DNA from: Candidatus Bathyarchaeia archaeon
Lineage (GTDB): Archaea > Thermoproteota > CALKCG01 > B24
Length of the DNA stretch: 64,000 nucleotides
Assembly: GCA_038870975.1 (NCBI GenBank)
Contig: JAVZJD010000001.1
Coordinates: 70,184 to 134,183, forward strand
Reading direction: 5' to 3'
The position numbers and the translations under genes were made by a program. The notes beneath the pieces are model-generated. The model did no database searches. It had not been told where the DNA came from and saw only the letters and a program-made list of their open reading frames with translations. Numbering within the stretch: the first letter of the stretch is position 1; every line of letters starts with the position of its first letter. Positions 47,958 to 57,756 of the stretch are shown here, in pieces.

Positions 47958-48527
47958 AAAACTTCCTCTTCAAGAGACCTGCTTATATTTTTTACTCAAA
48001 ATTTAAAATTTACTCAAATTCGAGTATATAATGTTGGAGAGAAATACTATGGCTTCTCCAATGAGTTGAATTCCATGAAACTAAGCCAGTTTATACATTT
48101 ATCAATGGAGAGGACAGAAGCTAATTAGTGTTAAAATCCATGGAAGAGACTAGGTCAGCTTATAAAGCGGGACATATTCAGCTTAAGAACAGGAGGCCAT
48201 CTTCCCATGATACATAGAATCGTCATAGCTATTGTAATGGAGCTAGAAAATACTAACGCAATAACACTGCTAGAAACTTTTTCCTTTTATTATTCGCAAC
48301 ACCAAACTCTTCAATTTCTGAATTATCCCTAGAGACACCTTTATAAAACATAGACTTCATAGCGTTAAAATTCTATTCCATTGTTGAAGTTTTGATTAAA
48401 AAGCGAGTACCTCGTGCTTATGAAGTTCGACTGTCCGTTGAGAGTGTTATTCATAGCTATGACTTAATAGTAGATGCCTAGTTTAAAGTTGGAAAAGCTA
48501 AAGAGTGGAAAGTTTCAAATATCAGTG

Positions 48528-48603
48528 TGGACCCGGCGGGATTTGAACCCGCGACCTTGGGCTCCGAAGGCCCATGTCCTAGTCCAGGCTAGACGACGGG
48601 TCC
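48528..48603 (-). tRNA. tRNA-Arg (UCG), no encoded CCA
   Basis: Reverse-complement: GGACCCG acceptor … anticodon arm TGGGC-CTTCGGA-GCCCA (anticodon TCG), T arm GCGGG-TTCAAAT-CCCGC, then CGGGTCC and A73. Confidence 0.75.
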
Positions 48604-48631
48604 CTTAAAAATACTTTCGAAGTAGCTGTAG

Positions 48632-49909
48632 TTAAGTGTTATTCGATTCCGGGACCTCGGGTATGATGTGTGTTCCCTCGGGAACCGCTAGGAGTTTCGC
48701 ATCTCTACTTGTTAGAGAGAACGCTATTTCTAAGGCTTCTTCCGGGCTTGAAGCAGGTATCAGCATCATGTTTTCCAGCTCTTTAGTTGTTACACCCTTT
48801 GCATAGACGACTATACGGCTTTTCGTAAGTATTCTAGCCATTATTTGTGCTTCCCACTGGTCTCGGATAGGTTCATGTTCTCTTATATGTTTTAGTAGGG
48901 CTATGGGGTTTTTAAACTTGGAAACGAGCTGGTAAAAGTGTTCATGCGCTACTCCATCGCAACACTCAGCCAGAAGCACTATTACACCGTTTGTCTTGAC
49001 CAGTTGCTCACCCACAGCCATGCCTTTAACGGCTTGATATAAGTTTCTATCTGCCGGGTAGCCTCCACCGCTTACTACAACTATATCTGCCCTTCTTTCA
49101 GCTTCAACTTTTATGAAACGTTCTATAAAATCAACGGCAGACCTATGAGCCTTAATGGGGTCACCTGAGAAGCACTTTGAAACGCCTCCCTCCATGCCTA
49201 AGACAACGTTCACAACACCATCCAGTTCAGATGCATTAGCAGCTTCGCAGATATCTCTGTAGATTATATTTTTATCTAAAACTCCAAGCCTAGAACCGGG
49301 GTGGTTTATCATAGCATAGGAATGATTCCTATAAATCGTTTCAACACCAGAAACTCCTGGGAGGATAATTTTACCTCCACCGCTGTATCCTGCGAAGAAA
49401 TGCGGTTCTACTGTACCAATGCCAATCCGTAGATCAACTTCAAAAAGCCTACTGTTAACCCATAGAGGAGTACCCCATGATGTTTCACCGAGGTACGTTA
49501 GTTCATCAGTTTTCGAAGCATCATGATTTACGATCTGAGCTTCTTCAAAGACTTTTCCACCTAAAAGTTCTTCAAGCTGGTTTTGAGATGCTGGCTCATG
49601 TAGTCCATTTGCCACCAGAACTGTAAATTCGTTAAACCCTTTTTCTTTAAGTTTTTGAATAACTGGGGGTAATATCTTACTCAACGGGGTGGCTCTGGTG
49701 TAATCCGTAACTATGAGTAGAGCTTTAGACCCTTTCTTGATGAAGGGTGTTACTGGGTTTTCTAAGCTACATCTAACTTCATATTCTTCATCTTTAGAAG
49801 ATGAGAGTCTAGAAGTTTTTAATACACCTATGAGGTTTTCATCTGGTAATTCGACTTCAACCCGACTCCTACCATAAAGGAAGCTTGCTTTCAAAGTATT
49901 TCGCCGCAA
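48632..49909 (-). CDS. larA: LarA-family (nickel-pincer-cofactor-dependent lactate racemase-like, DUF2088) protein
   Basis: 425 aa. N-terminal …VELPDENLIGVL… and the …GGGKIILPGV…, …HPGSRLGVLD… blocks are typical of LarA. No larB, larC or larE in the window. Confidence 0.6.
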   Translation of the reverse strand: MRRNTLKASFLYGRSRVEVELPDENLIGVLKTSRLSSSKDEEYEVRCSLENPVTPFIKKGSKALLIVTDYTRATPLSKILPPVIQKLKEKGFNEFTVLVANGLHEPASQNQLEELLGGKVFEEAQIVNHDASKTDELTYLGETSWGTPLWVNSRLFEVDLRIGIGTVEPHFFAGYSGGGKIILPGVSGVETIYRNHSYAMINHPGSRLGVLDKNIIYRDICEAANASELDGVVNVVLGMEGGVSKCFSGDPIKAHRSAVDFIERFIKVEAERRADIVVVSGGGYPADRNLYQAVKGMAVGEQLVKTNGVIVLLAECCDGVAHEHFYQLVSKFKNPIALLKHIREHEPIRDQWEAQIMARILTKSRIVVYAKGVTTKELENMMLIPASSPEEALEIAFSLTSRDAKLLAVPEGTHIIPEVPESNNT

Positions 49910-50004
49910 ATTTAAAAGTTTAAGGTCTATTTAAACATCTCCATGTTATGCTTGAAGATAACTTGTTAAGACTTATCTACTATAAAGTAGTCTATTGATA
50001 GGGG

Positions 50005-50532
50005 GTGTTAAAACCTTTGGAAGTTTTCGAAGCCATTAGGAGGAGAAGAAGTATTAGACGTTATAAAAAGGATGCTAAAATCCCAGAGGAACACATACTG
50101 AAGATTCTTGAAGCGGCTAGATTAGCACCATCGGCTGGCAACCGTCAGCCTTGGAGGTTTGTAGTAGTTAAAGACCCAGAGGTTAAACGTAAACTCGCAG
50201 AAGCATGCAACAATCAAACTTTTATAGCAGATGCACAGGTGGCTGTCGTAGCAATTGGAGACCCATCCGTTTCACGATGGTATTCTCAAGACCCCATGAT
50301 AGCTGTCGAGCATATGGTTTTAGAGGCTACGGAACTCGGCTATGGAACATGCTGGATAGGTGCATTTAATGAAGAAGCTGTTAAGAAAGTATTGAACATA
50401 CCTCCAGAACTTAAAGTCATATGTGTAATTCCAGTAGGTGTTCCAGATGAAGAACCGCCGCCAAGACCTAGGAAACCCATTGAAGAGATATTCCACTTAG
50501 ATAGGTATGGAAATCCATACAAGGTTAAGTGA
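50005..50532 (+). CDS. nitroreductase-family protein
   Basis: …RRRSIRRYKKDAKIPEEHILKILEAARLAPSAGNRQPWRFVVV…. Confidence 0.75.
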   Translation: MLKPLEVFEAIRRRRSIRRYKKDAKIPEEHILKILEAARLAPSAGNRQPWRFVVVKDPEVKRKLAEACNNQTFIADAQVAVVAIGDPSVSRWYSQDPMIAVEHMVLEATELGYGTCWIGAFNEEAVKKVLNIPPELKVICVIPVGVPDEEPPPRPRKPIEEIFHLDRYGNPYKVK

Positions 50533-50541
50533 GGGAGAAGA

Positions 50542-51051
50542 ATGCATATCATAGAGGACCTTGACAGATACATCCCTGTAACATACAATGCTATGAGAAA
50601 GACAGGTCTACTATTAGGCTCAGTCGGATATGATGGAAGGCCAAATCTTATGACGATAGGATGGGGGTTGATGGGAATAGTTTGGACTAAGCCGATTTTT
50701 CTTACTGCCATAAGAATAAGCAGATACACGCATAGGCTTTTAGAGGAAAACGGTGAATTCACGATTAATGTCCCCACCGAAGATATGGGTGATGTGTGTA
50801 AAATCTGTGGAACTACTTCAGGGTTTGAAATCAATAAGTTTGAGAAGATAGGTTTAAAGTGGAGACGTGGGGAATTTGTCAAAGCCCCTGTAGTAGAAGG
50901 GTGTCCCATCGTTTATGAGTGCAGAGTAATCTACAAAGATTCTGTCAAGCTTCAAACACTTCCTAAAAATCTGATTGAAACGCTCTACCCTAAGCGAGAT
51001 TGGCATACCTTATACTATGGTGAAATCCTTAAAATACGTGGAGAAATCTAA
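50542..51051 (+). CDS. flavin reductase-like FMN-binding domain protein
   Basis: …LLGSVGYDGRPNLMTIGW… split-barrel flavin-reductase signature. 10 nt after the nitroreductase gene. Confidence 0.6.
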   Translation: MHIIEDLDRYIPVTYNAMRKTGLLLGSVGYDGRPNLMTIGWGLMGIVWTKPIFLTAIRISRYTHRLLEENGEFTINVPTEDMGDVCKICGTTSGFEINKFEKIGLKWRRGEFVKAPVVEGCPIVYECRVIYKDSVKLQTLPKNLIETLYPKRDWHTLYYGEILKIRGEI

Positions 51052-51342
51052 CATGCAGTTCAACGCACTTATTCGCCTCCACATCACCCCAAATCTTTTT
51101 TATCCAGGTTCCTCTTGAACTTGATGAACGGAGTTGAAACCCACTAATCGTGGAGTTAGTGGAATAGTAAAGCTGTAGATTTTTAAATGAATTAAAAATG
51201 GAGAATTTAAGTCTCTGCGCACACTCACCAACATGGATTTCTGGTACTATTTAAATGAGCCAGAGAGCATTTTAAGGAGACTAAAAGGCGTAATGCTTTT
51301 TAGGGAGAGAGTAATGAGAGTATGTGCTAAGGGTGAGGCGAA

Positions 51343-51729
51343 GTGTCAGCTAAAAAACCGTTTTATGTTAGATTTAATGTACCTAAGGAGCTGGCGGATG
51401 CAGCCTATGAGACAATATCCATGATTAAAGACACTGGTAAAATCAGGCGAGGTGTCAATGAAGTCACAAAGTCCGTCGATAGAGGTATTGCTAAGCTAGT
51501 AGTTATAGCTGAAGATGTGGATCCGCCTGAAATCGTTGCACACTTACCCCTCTTATGTGAAGAGAGGAAAGTTCCATATATATACGTACCATCTAAAAGA
51601 CAGCTTGGCGTAGCAAGTGGCATAGAGGTGGCCGCATCTTCCATAGCTGTGATAGACCCTGGAGAAGCTAAGGGAGTATTCGACGAGCTTATTTCTAAAA
51701 TTGAAGCCCTTAGAAAGGGTGTAAAGTGA
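51343..51729 (+). CDS. rpl7ae: ribosomal protein L7Ae
   Basis: …[82 protein letters not shown]…. Confidence 0.9.
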   Translation: MSAKKPFYVRFNVPKELADAAYETISMIKDTGKIRRGVNEVTKSVDRGIAKLVVIAEDVDPPEIVAHLPLLCEERKVPYIYVPSKRQLGVASGIEVAASSIAVIDPGEAKGVFDELISKIEALRKGVK

Positions 51730-51950
51730 TGAGTTCTAAGAGGGCTAAAGAAGAAGAACCCACTCCAGCCGAGGTTATTCAAGTAATAGAGCGGACTGGC
51801 GTTACGGGTGAAATAGAACTAGTTAGAGTTAGAATTCTAACTGGACGTGAAAAGGGTAGGGTAATTTCCAGAAATGTTAAAGGACCTGTTAGAGTAGGTG
51901 ATGTTGTCCTCCTTAAAGAGACTGAGAGGGAAGCGAAGCGGATAAGGTGA
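51726..51950 (+). CDS. rps28e: ribosomal protein S28e
   Basis: …[61 protein letters not shown]. Confidence 0.85.
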   Translation: MMSSKRAKEEEPTPAEVIQVIERTGVTGEIELVRVRILTGREKGRVISRNVKGPVRVGDVVLLKETEREAKRIR

Positions 51951-51969
51951 TCGTAGAGGCGGAGATGCC

Positions 51970-52167
51970 ATGCTTTCCAGAGTTAGAAAATGTTCTTTCT
52001 GTGGTTCAGAAATTCCTGTGGGATGTGGACTTATGTACGTTAAGCGAGATGGCACCATACAATGGTTCTGCTCTAGAAAGTGTAGAGTGAGCATGTTGGA
52101 GTTTCACAGAGACCCTAGAAAGCTTAAATGGACAGAATACCATGGGAAGAAAGAAAGAGGAAGTTAA
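51970..52167 (+). CDS. rpl24e: ribosomal protein L24e
   Basis: …CSFCGSEIPVGCGLMYVKRDGTIQWFCSRKC… zinc-ribbon L24e signature. Confidence 0.85.
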   Translation: MLSRVRKCSFCGSEIPVGCGLMYVKRDGTIQWFCSRKCRVSMLEFHRDPRKLKWTEYHGKKERGS

Positions 52168-52204
52168 GGCTTGTATTCAGAATCAATGGGGTGGTTTTTA
52201 CCGT

Positions 52205-52792
52205 ATGAGAATAGTTGTTTTGGCTGTTCCAGGGGGAGGTAAAACTACTATAATGCGTTACGTTCAGATGAAGAAGCCTGATGTAGTGATCGTTAATTTT
52301 GGGGATCACATGTTTAAAGCCGCTCAAGAACTCTACGGTGTTAAGGATAGAGATGAGATGCGTAAGAAACTGTTACCCGAGGAGTATGTTAAACTTCAGG
52401 AGATCGCCGCCAGGGAAATATCTAACATATCGGGGGACGTTCTGATAGATACCCATGCATCTATAAAGATGGGAGGAGGATACTACCCGGGATTACCTGA
52501 CGACATCGTTAAACTGATGAAGCCACACTATATAGTTCTCTTTGAATTCAACCCCGAGGTTGTATTGTCTAGGCGTATGAAGGATATGGGAGGCGTTAGA
52601 ACGGGTAGAGATGTAGAGACATCTGAAGAAATCGAACAACAGCAACAAGTAAACAGGTTGTTCGCGGCGGCTGCTGCGAATGCTGCTAGAGCGATTTTAC
52701 GCATCGTTGACCTACGCTTCCCCGAGAAACATCCGTATGAGCATGCTGAGGTAGGGGCTGAAGAGATTTTGAAACTCCTTAAAATGGGCTAG
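52205..52792 (+). CDS. adkA: archaeal-type adenylate kinase (AdkA)
   Basis: P-loop AVPGGGKTT. …LIDTHASIKMGGGYYPGLP… and …IEQQQQVNR… match archaeal AdkA. Start taken at MRIVVL. Confidence 0.65.
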   Translation: MRIVVLAVPGGGKTTIMRYVQMKKPDVVIVNFGDHMFKAAQELYGVKDRDEMRKKLLPEEYVKLQEIAAREISNISGDVLIDTHASIKMGGGYYPGLPDDIVKLMKPHYIVLFEFNPEVVLSRRMKDMGGVRTGRDVETSEEIEQQQQVNRLFAAAAANAARAILRIVDLRFPEKHPYEHAEVGAEEILKLLKMG

Positions 52793-52849
52793 CGTCGAAT
52801 TAGAGAAGGATGGTAAAGTCTAAATACTCGTAAGACCTATTTAAGCAAC

Positions 52850-53242
52850 ATGGCTGTATTTCTCAGAATAATTCGAGAAGATTGGGCTAGCAGGGTTTTT
52901 GAGGGTGGAATATACTATACTTCACTGAAGAGAAGGTGGGAGAGAGGTTTAAAATGCTTCTTCCTAATGAAGACTGAGGCTGGAGACTCAGTAGTAGGGT
53001 ATGGCATACTAGAAGACTATAAAACCAAGGAAGAATGGCTCAAAGCTGGAGGGGAAAACTTTACAGAACACACTTGGAAAACTGCCCTGATATTTGGAAA
53101 GATCGTGAAATTTCAAAACCCAATCCCCGTGAAGGAACTTCAACTCGACCAGCGTTTAAAAGGCAAATATCTACATGGTCTTAAAGCCGACCAGTTCTTA
53201 GTAGATAAAATACTCAACTTATCAGAAGGCTTTTCGCATTGA
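52850..53242 (+). CDS. PUA-like (EVE/ASCH-type) small domain protein
   Basis: 130 aa, beta-rich. Weak resemblance only. Confidence 0.25.
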   Translation: MAVFLRIIREDWASRVFEGGIYYTSLKRRWERGLKCFFLMKTEAGDSVVGYGILEDYKTKEEWLKAGGENFTEHTWKTALIFGKIVKFQNPIPVKELQLDQRLKGKYLHGLKADQFLVDKILNLSEGFSH

Positions 53243-53491
53243 AATTTTACTACAATATAAATATGTGCTTTTTTAAATGTTCGTCATATGATAATTACTT
53301 TATGGTTTAATTTTTAATCTTGATTTTTCCCTCCAATCCTCATGTAAAATTCAGAAGATTAGTTAGAATTAGACTTCTACTTACGTAAAACTTAATTAAA
53401 CCACAAACGACAACAATCTGTCAGGCAATTAACAATTGCTTTAAGGAAAAAGATTTATATTTCTTTTTCATAAATTGAAATCGGTGAAAAA

Positions 53492-55537
53492 GTGTCAAAG
53501 GAGATAATAGAAGAAAAGATTCCATGGCACTTTCTAATACCCTTCATGATAGTTCTTGGAGTATTTACTATGGCTGTAAACCCCTTGAACTCAACTGGTA
53601 CGTGGAGAAACCCTCCTGGATACTCTGCAGCTATGGGGGTTGTCGTCATATGCTATTCAGCTCTAACAGCCCTACCATTCCTATGCTTTTACTTTGCAGG
53701 CGCTCTTGGAAGGTTAAACTTCCTCAAGAAAAGGATCAACATGACGACTATGACCTGGCTTTATACTACGACGCTATGCCTTTCATTCTACCTGGGTAGA
53801 CCTACATCAGACACAGCATGTGCCAGCTATGGTGTTTTCTTGGGTAATAGGATAATGTCTCCAGTTGAAGAGACGACTAGACTCGTTCCATGGTTTATGG
53901 CTCCACCACCAGATATAGCAAAGCTAGCACTTTACGGTGGTGTTCCAACACCTTATGCAGATTTAATGCCTATGATGCTTTTCTGGAGCACTTTTACAAT
54001 AGTGTATGGTCTTCTAATGGTATCTATAGCTACAATATTTAGGAAGTATTGGATAGACGTTGAAAAAGTTCCATTCCCTCACGTAGGAGCTGCATACGAG
54101 CTCCTAGTGAGGACATTACCCGAGAGAAGAGCGAGATTCTCAGGGCCATTCTTAATTGGAGTTATACTGGGAGTTGCTGTTTGGATACCGACGTTTCTCA
54201 CAGGATTATTTCCCTGGTTCCCAGACATCTATGGATGGAGATGGGAAGCGAACGTATGTGGATACGGATCGCACTTCGTTCAACCCGGTGAGCCGTTAGC
54301 AGCTCTCATAGGTATGGCTAGGATTGAGAAGGAACCGCTGGGTGTAGCTATAGCGTATTTTGCACCATTAACAACGTTATTTAACATGTGGTTCTGGTGG
54401 CTAGTACTAGTAGTGTTATGCCAAATAGCATACTTCTTCGGATATTACACAGGGATTCCAAATACTCCGGGTTGTGGAAGAGTCTGGTGTGGAGAAATAT
54501 CAATATCCTACGGTGAGCCGTTTAAATGGACATCTGTCCTCATAGGAGGAATATGGGGTTTAACCATATTCCTATTGATCTTAAGTAGACACCACATTAT
54601 AAGTACTTTAAAAGCCGCGTTTGGAAGAATGGACCCCTCGGCTAAAGTTGAATTCGAAAAAGGCGAGCCCATAAGTTACAGAGGAGCCTACACCTTACTG
54701 ATAGTGACGTTCATTATAGCAATATTCATACATATCGCATGCGGTATGAACCCGTTATCATCACTATTGACACCTATAAACATGATAGCTCTATGGTTTG
54801 GTTCCATGAGGCTTCTAGGTATAGGAGGACTCTACTACCGTAAAACTGATAAAGGATATGCGTTGCATAGGCTCCTACTATGGCCTAAGGCCCCAGAAGT
54901 TGTAGATAGAGATTTCGCCATGTCTGCACACTTTAACACATGGTTTACAGATGCCCCCGACATGGGCAACCAAGTCGGTGGAAACTTTCTAACTGCTTTC
55001 GAAGCCTATAGAATGGCAAGTCTCACAGGAGTGACTACTAAAAGCGTTTTCAAAGTTCTTGTAGCCTCCATAATAATATACTCTCTAGTTACGATACCAA
55101 CGTGGATGACTATCGCCTACACATTCGGCATAACTAAGATCCAAGGCACCTGGGGCATGCACGGATGCAATGCCGTAATGCAGAGGTCTGCTGATCCCGA
55201 TAGTTGGAACAGTGCTCCAGGTACAGAACCATGGGTACCACACTTCATCGCTGGGTTCCTCTTTGTGGGGCTTTTAAGCTGGCTACACGCAAGATACATA
55301 TGGTTCCCATTTGAGCCTGTAGGCTTCATACTGGGGATAGGAGCAGGATTCGAATGGGGATTCTGGAGCTTAGCATTAGTAGCTTGGATTCTCAAGCAAT
55401 TAACGCTTAGAATCGGTGGGAGTAAACTGTATGAAGAGGTTGGAGCTCCAGTAGCAGGTGGATACATAGCTGGACATGTATTGGCTTTGATACCGGGAAT
55501 CATAATAGGTAGATACAGGTTCTTCTTCCCATTCTAA
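53492..55537 (+). CDS. large polytopic membrane protein of unknown function (681 aa, Trp/aromatic-rich)
   Basis: At least 14 predicted TM helices. No recognisable transporter or enzyme motif. Confidence 0.4.
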   Translation: MSKEIIEEKIPWHFLIPFMIVLGVFTMAVNPLNSTGTWRNPPGYSAAMGVVVICYSALTALPFLCFYFAGALGRLNFLKKRINMTTMTWLYTTTLCLSFYLGRPTSDTACASYGVFLGNRIMSPVEETTRLVPWFMAPPPDIAKLALYGGVPTPYADLMPMMLFWSTFTIVYGLLMVSIATIFRKYWIDVEKVPFPHVGAAYELLVRTLPERRARFSGPFLIGVILGVAVWIPTFLTGLFPWFPDIYGWRWEANVCGYGSHFVQPGEPLAALIGMARIEKEPLGVAIAYFAPLTTLFNMWFWWLVLVVLCQIAYFFGYYTGIPNTPGCGRVWCGEISISYGEPFKWTSVLIGGIWGLTIFLLILSRHHIISTLKAAFGRMDPSAKVEFEKGEPISYRGAYTLLIVTFIIAIFIHIACGMNPLSSLLTPINMIALWFGSMRLLGIGGLYYRKTDKGYALHRLLLWPKAPEVVDRDFAMSAHFNTWFTDAPDMGNQVGGNFLTAFEAYRMASLTGVTTKSVFKVLVASIIIYSLVTIPTWMTIAYTFGITKIQGTWGMHGCNAVMQRSADPDSWNSAPGTEPWVPHFIAGFLFVGLLSWLHARYIWFPFEPVGFILGIGAGFEWGFWSLALVAWILKQLTLRIGGSKLYEEVGAPVAGGYIAGHVLALIPGIIIGRYRFFFPF

Positions 55538-55603
55538 ACTCCCTCGCTTTTTTATTTTCGTCAACGTTTAACTGGTCTAAAAGCGTGCAGATAGCCTGTA
55601 TTG

Positions 55604-56725
55604 TTACGATATCTTTAGCAGTTTTAAAGCTGTAAGTCTATAGACTTCAATACTGTCGAGGTATTCTTCAACGTCTATCTTCTCCACATTAGTATGGCTC
55701 AAAGATGAGTTGCCCGGCCCATATGTTACAGCATCTATGGGAAGCCCAGCTAGAAGATTCATATCCCCCGTACCAGTTTTCCGAATAAGCTTAGGATAAC
55801 TTCCTCTGACCTCTTTTATAGATTCCCTTAAGGCATTTAAAAGCATTGAATTTTTATTCGCCTCATAAGCCTCACAGTACTCTTCAGGTTCCACTTCTAC
55901 CTGAACCGTTGGATATTTATCCGTGAAGTCCTTCGAAAGCTTCTGAGAAAACTCTATGAGTTCCTTAGCTTTGACATTGGGTGGAATCCTAATATCGAGT
56001 TTAGCCTCACAGAAACCAGGTACGATGTTTGATGTTTCTCCCCCCTTAATCCAAGTTATCGACGTAGAAGTAGTATAGTATCTACTTGAAAATTTGCGGG
56101 TAGAGTAAGATTCATCTACCTTCTCTTTTACCAACTTGTAGAACTCGTAGAGTTTTTCAACAGCGTTTTCAAAAGCCCATGGCGACCCCGCGTGCCCAGG
56201 TCTCGTCTTACACTTTATGGAGAGTTGAACCCTGCCTCTGTAAGCTATGGTTACAACTTCAACACCACCTGGTTCACCAAAGACCGCAAATTTACCCTCT
56301 AAACCTTTACGTAATAGATGTTTAAAGCCTAAACTAGAGCCTTCTTCGTCAATCGTGCATACAACAGTAAGCTTACCGTTTAAATTCTCGTCTTTAAGAG
56401 AGGCCCCTGCAACAACCATAGCTATCAACGCAGATTTAGCGTCTACAGCTCCTCTAGCGTATATAAAGCTCCCTTCTTCTTTATAGGGTATGATCCCTGG
56501 AACTGTATCCATGTGACCTATATACATAAGCATAGACTTACCAGTACCTATAGACCCTAGAACGTTTCCAACTTCATCGATACATACGTTATCATAGCCC
56601 AATTTTTTCATAGCATCCATGAGAAAAAGTGCCAGTTCAGTTTCACGTAGGGATGGGCTGTAAATCTTCAGAGCGTTTCTAAGTATGTCCACCGCTTTAG
56701 CTTTAAACTCTGAGTCTGTACGCAT
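55604..56725 (-). CDS. lysK: [LysW]-lysine/ornithine hydrolase (LysK/ArgE, M20 peptidase family)
   Basis: M20 metal-ligand blocks (…GHMDTVP…, …GAVDAKS…, …DEEGSS…). Sits in the lysW cluster. Confidence 0.7.
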   Translation of the reverse strand: MRTDSEFKAKAVDILRNALKIYSPSLRETELALFLMDAMKKLGYDNVCIDEVGNVLGSIGTGKSMLMYIGHMDTVPGIIPYKEEGSFIYARGAVDAKSALIAMVVAGASLKDENLNGKLTVVCTIDEEGSSLGFKHLLRKGLEGKFAVFGEPGGVEVVTIAYRGRVQLSIKCKTRPGHAGSPWAFENAVEKLYEFYKLVKEKVDESYSTRKFSSRYYTTSTSITWIKGGETSNIVPGFCEAKLDIRIPPNVKAKELIEFSQKLSKDFTDKYPTVQVEVEPEEYCEAYEANKNSMLLNALRESIKEVRGSYPKLIRKTGTGDMNLLAGLPIDAVTYGPGNSSLSHTNVEKIDVEEYLDSIEVYRLTALKLLKIS

Positions 56726-56728
56726 CTG

Positions 56729-57541
56729 TCAACCTCTATAGATAGTAGTTCCTGTTTTACCCTCTAGGGCAGAAGTTATAGGTTTAGGTTTTAAACCAGA
56801 ACATATCACGACTCTCTCGACGCCCATCTCCAAAGCCTCAATAGCGGCATAGACTTTAGTAATCATACCTGGACCTATTTTCCTAAGTTTCTCCTTCAAT
56901 CGAGTAGAGGATATTTCCCTGCAAAGTTCCCTATCGAGGATTAAGCCTTCAACATCCGTTAGTAGTATGAGGCGGTCCGCTTTCAAAGCTCCCGCTATAT
57001 AAGACGCAGCCCTATCTCCATCGACGTTTAAAATTTCATATTCAGAGCCTATAGACAGTGGTGAAATAACAGGTAAATAGCCCGAGTTTAAAAGCGTTTC
57101 CAAAAGACCAATATTAACACCTGTTATTTTCCCAGTATATCCTCCAGGTATAGTTCTTTTCCTACCCTTTTCATCTATTATAACGAGTTTCTTTTTCCTA
57201 TCTGCTCTTAAAAGCCCTCCGTCTACACCTGAGATTCCTACGGCTGGAAGATTGAATTCAAGGAGTGTAGAAACAATCTCTTTGCTTATTTTACCAGCCA
57301 TAACCATAACATAGATATCGAGTGTTTCCTTATCAGTATACCTACTTCTAAAGCCGTCTGGAGAAGTTACGAAGACTTGTTCTTTACCCATTTTAGAAGC
57401 TATACTTGTAACTTCGTCCCCTCCTCCATGTACTAAGACTAGTTTATAGTTTGAAAATACCTCTTTAATATCGCTTATCAGGTTTACATCTGGAGCCCCA
57501 TCTTTAAGAATACTTCCACCGATTTTAACTACCAGTTTCAA
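56729..57541 (-). CDS. lysZ: [LysW]-aminoadipate/glutamate kinase (LysZ/ArgB, amino-acid kinase family)
   Basis: …VVKIGGSIL…, …LVHGGG… AAK signatures. 270 aa. Confidence 0.75.
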   Translation of the reverse strand: MKLVVKIGGSILKDGAPDVNLISDIKEVFSNYKLVLVHGGGDEVTSIASKMGKEQVFVTSPDGFRSRYTDKETLDIYVMVMAGKISKEIVSTLLEFNLPAVGISGVDGGLLRADRKKKLVIIDEKGRKRTIPGGYTGKITGVNIGLLETLLNSGYLPVISPLSIGSEYEILNVDGDRAASYIAGALKADRLILLTDVEGLILDRELCREISSTRLKEKLRKIGPGMITKVYAAIEALEMGVERVVICSGLKPKPITSALEGKTGTTIYRG

Positions 57542-57570
57542 ACATCAACCCTCAATATAGAATTCTCCGA

Positions 57571-57756
57571 CTATTCTCCCCAGTCTTCTCCCTCTATTTC
57601 GGCAAGTTTAAGCTCAATTTTACCATTGTTTATATAGACTTCATACTCCATACCACAATCGGGGCAGGAGAATATTTCACCTTCGAGGACGTCATCGGGA
57701 ATTTTAATCTTACCACCACACTCATGACACTCTAAAACTATAACCACATATATCAC
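57571..57756 (-). CDS. lysW: amino-group carrier protein LysW
   Basis: Zn-ribbon CHECGG…CPDCG and C-terminal …EDWGE (the conserved EDWGE tail). Confidence 0.8.
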   Translation of the reverse strand: MIYVVIVLECHECGGKIKIPDDVLEGEIFSCPDCGMEYEVYINNGKIELKLAEIEGEDWGE

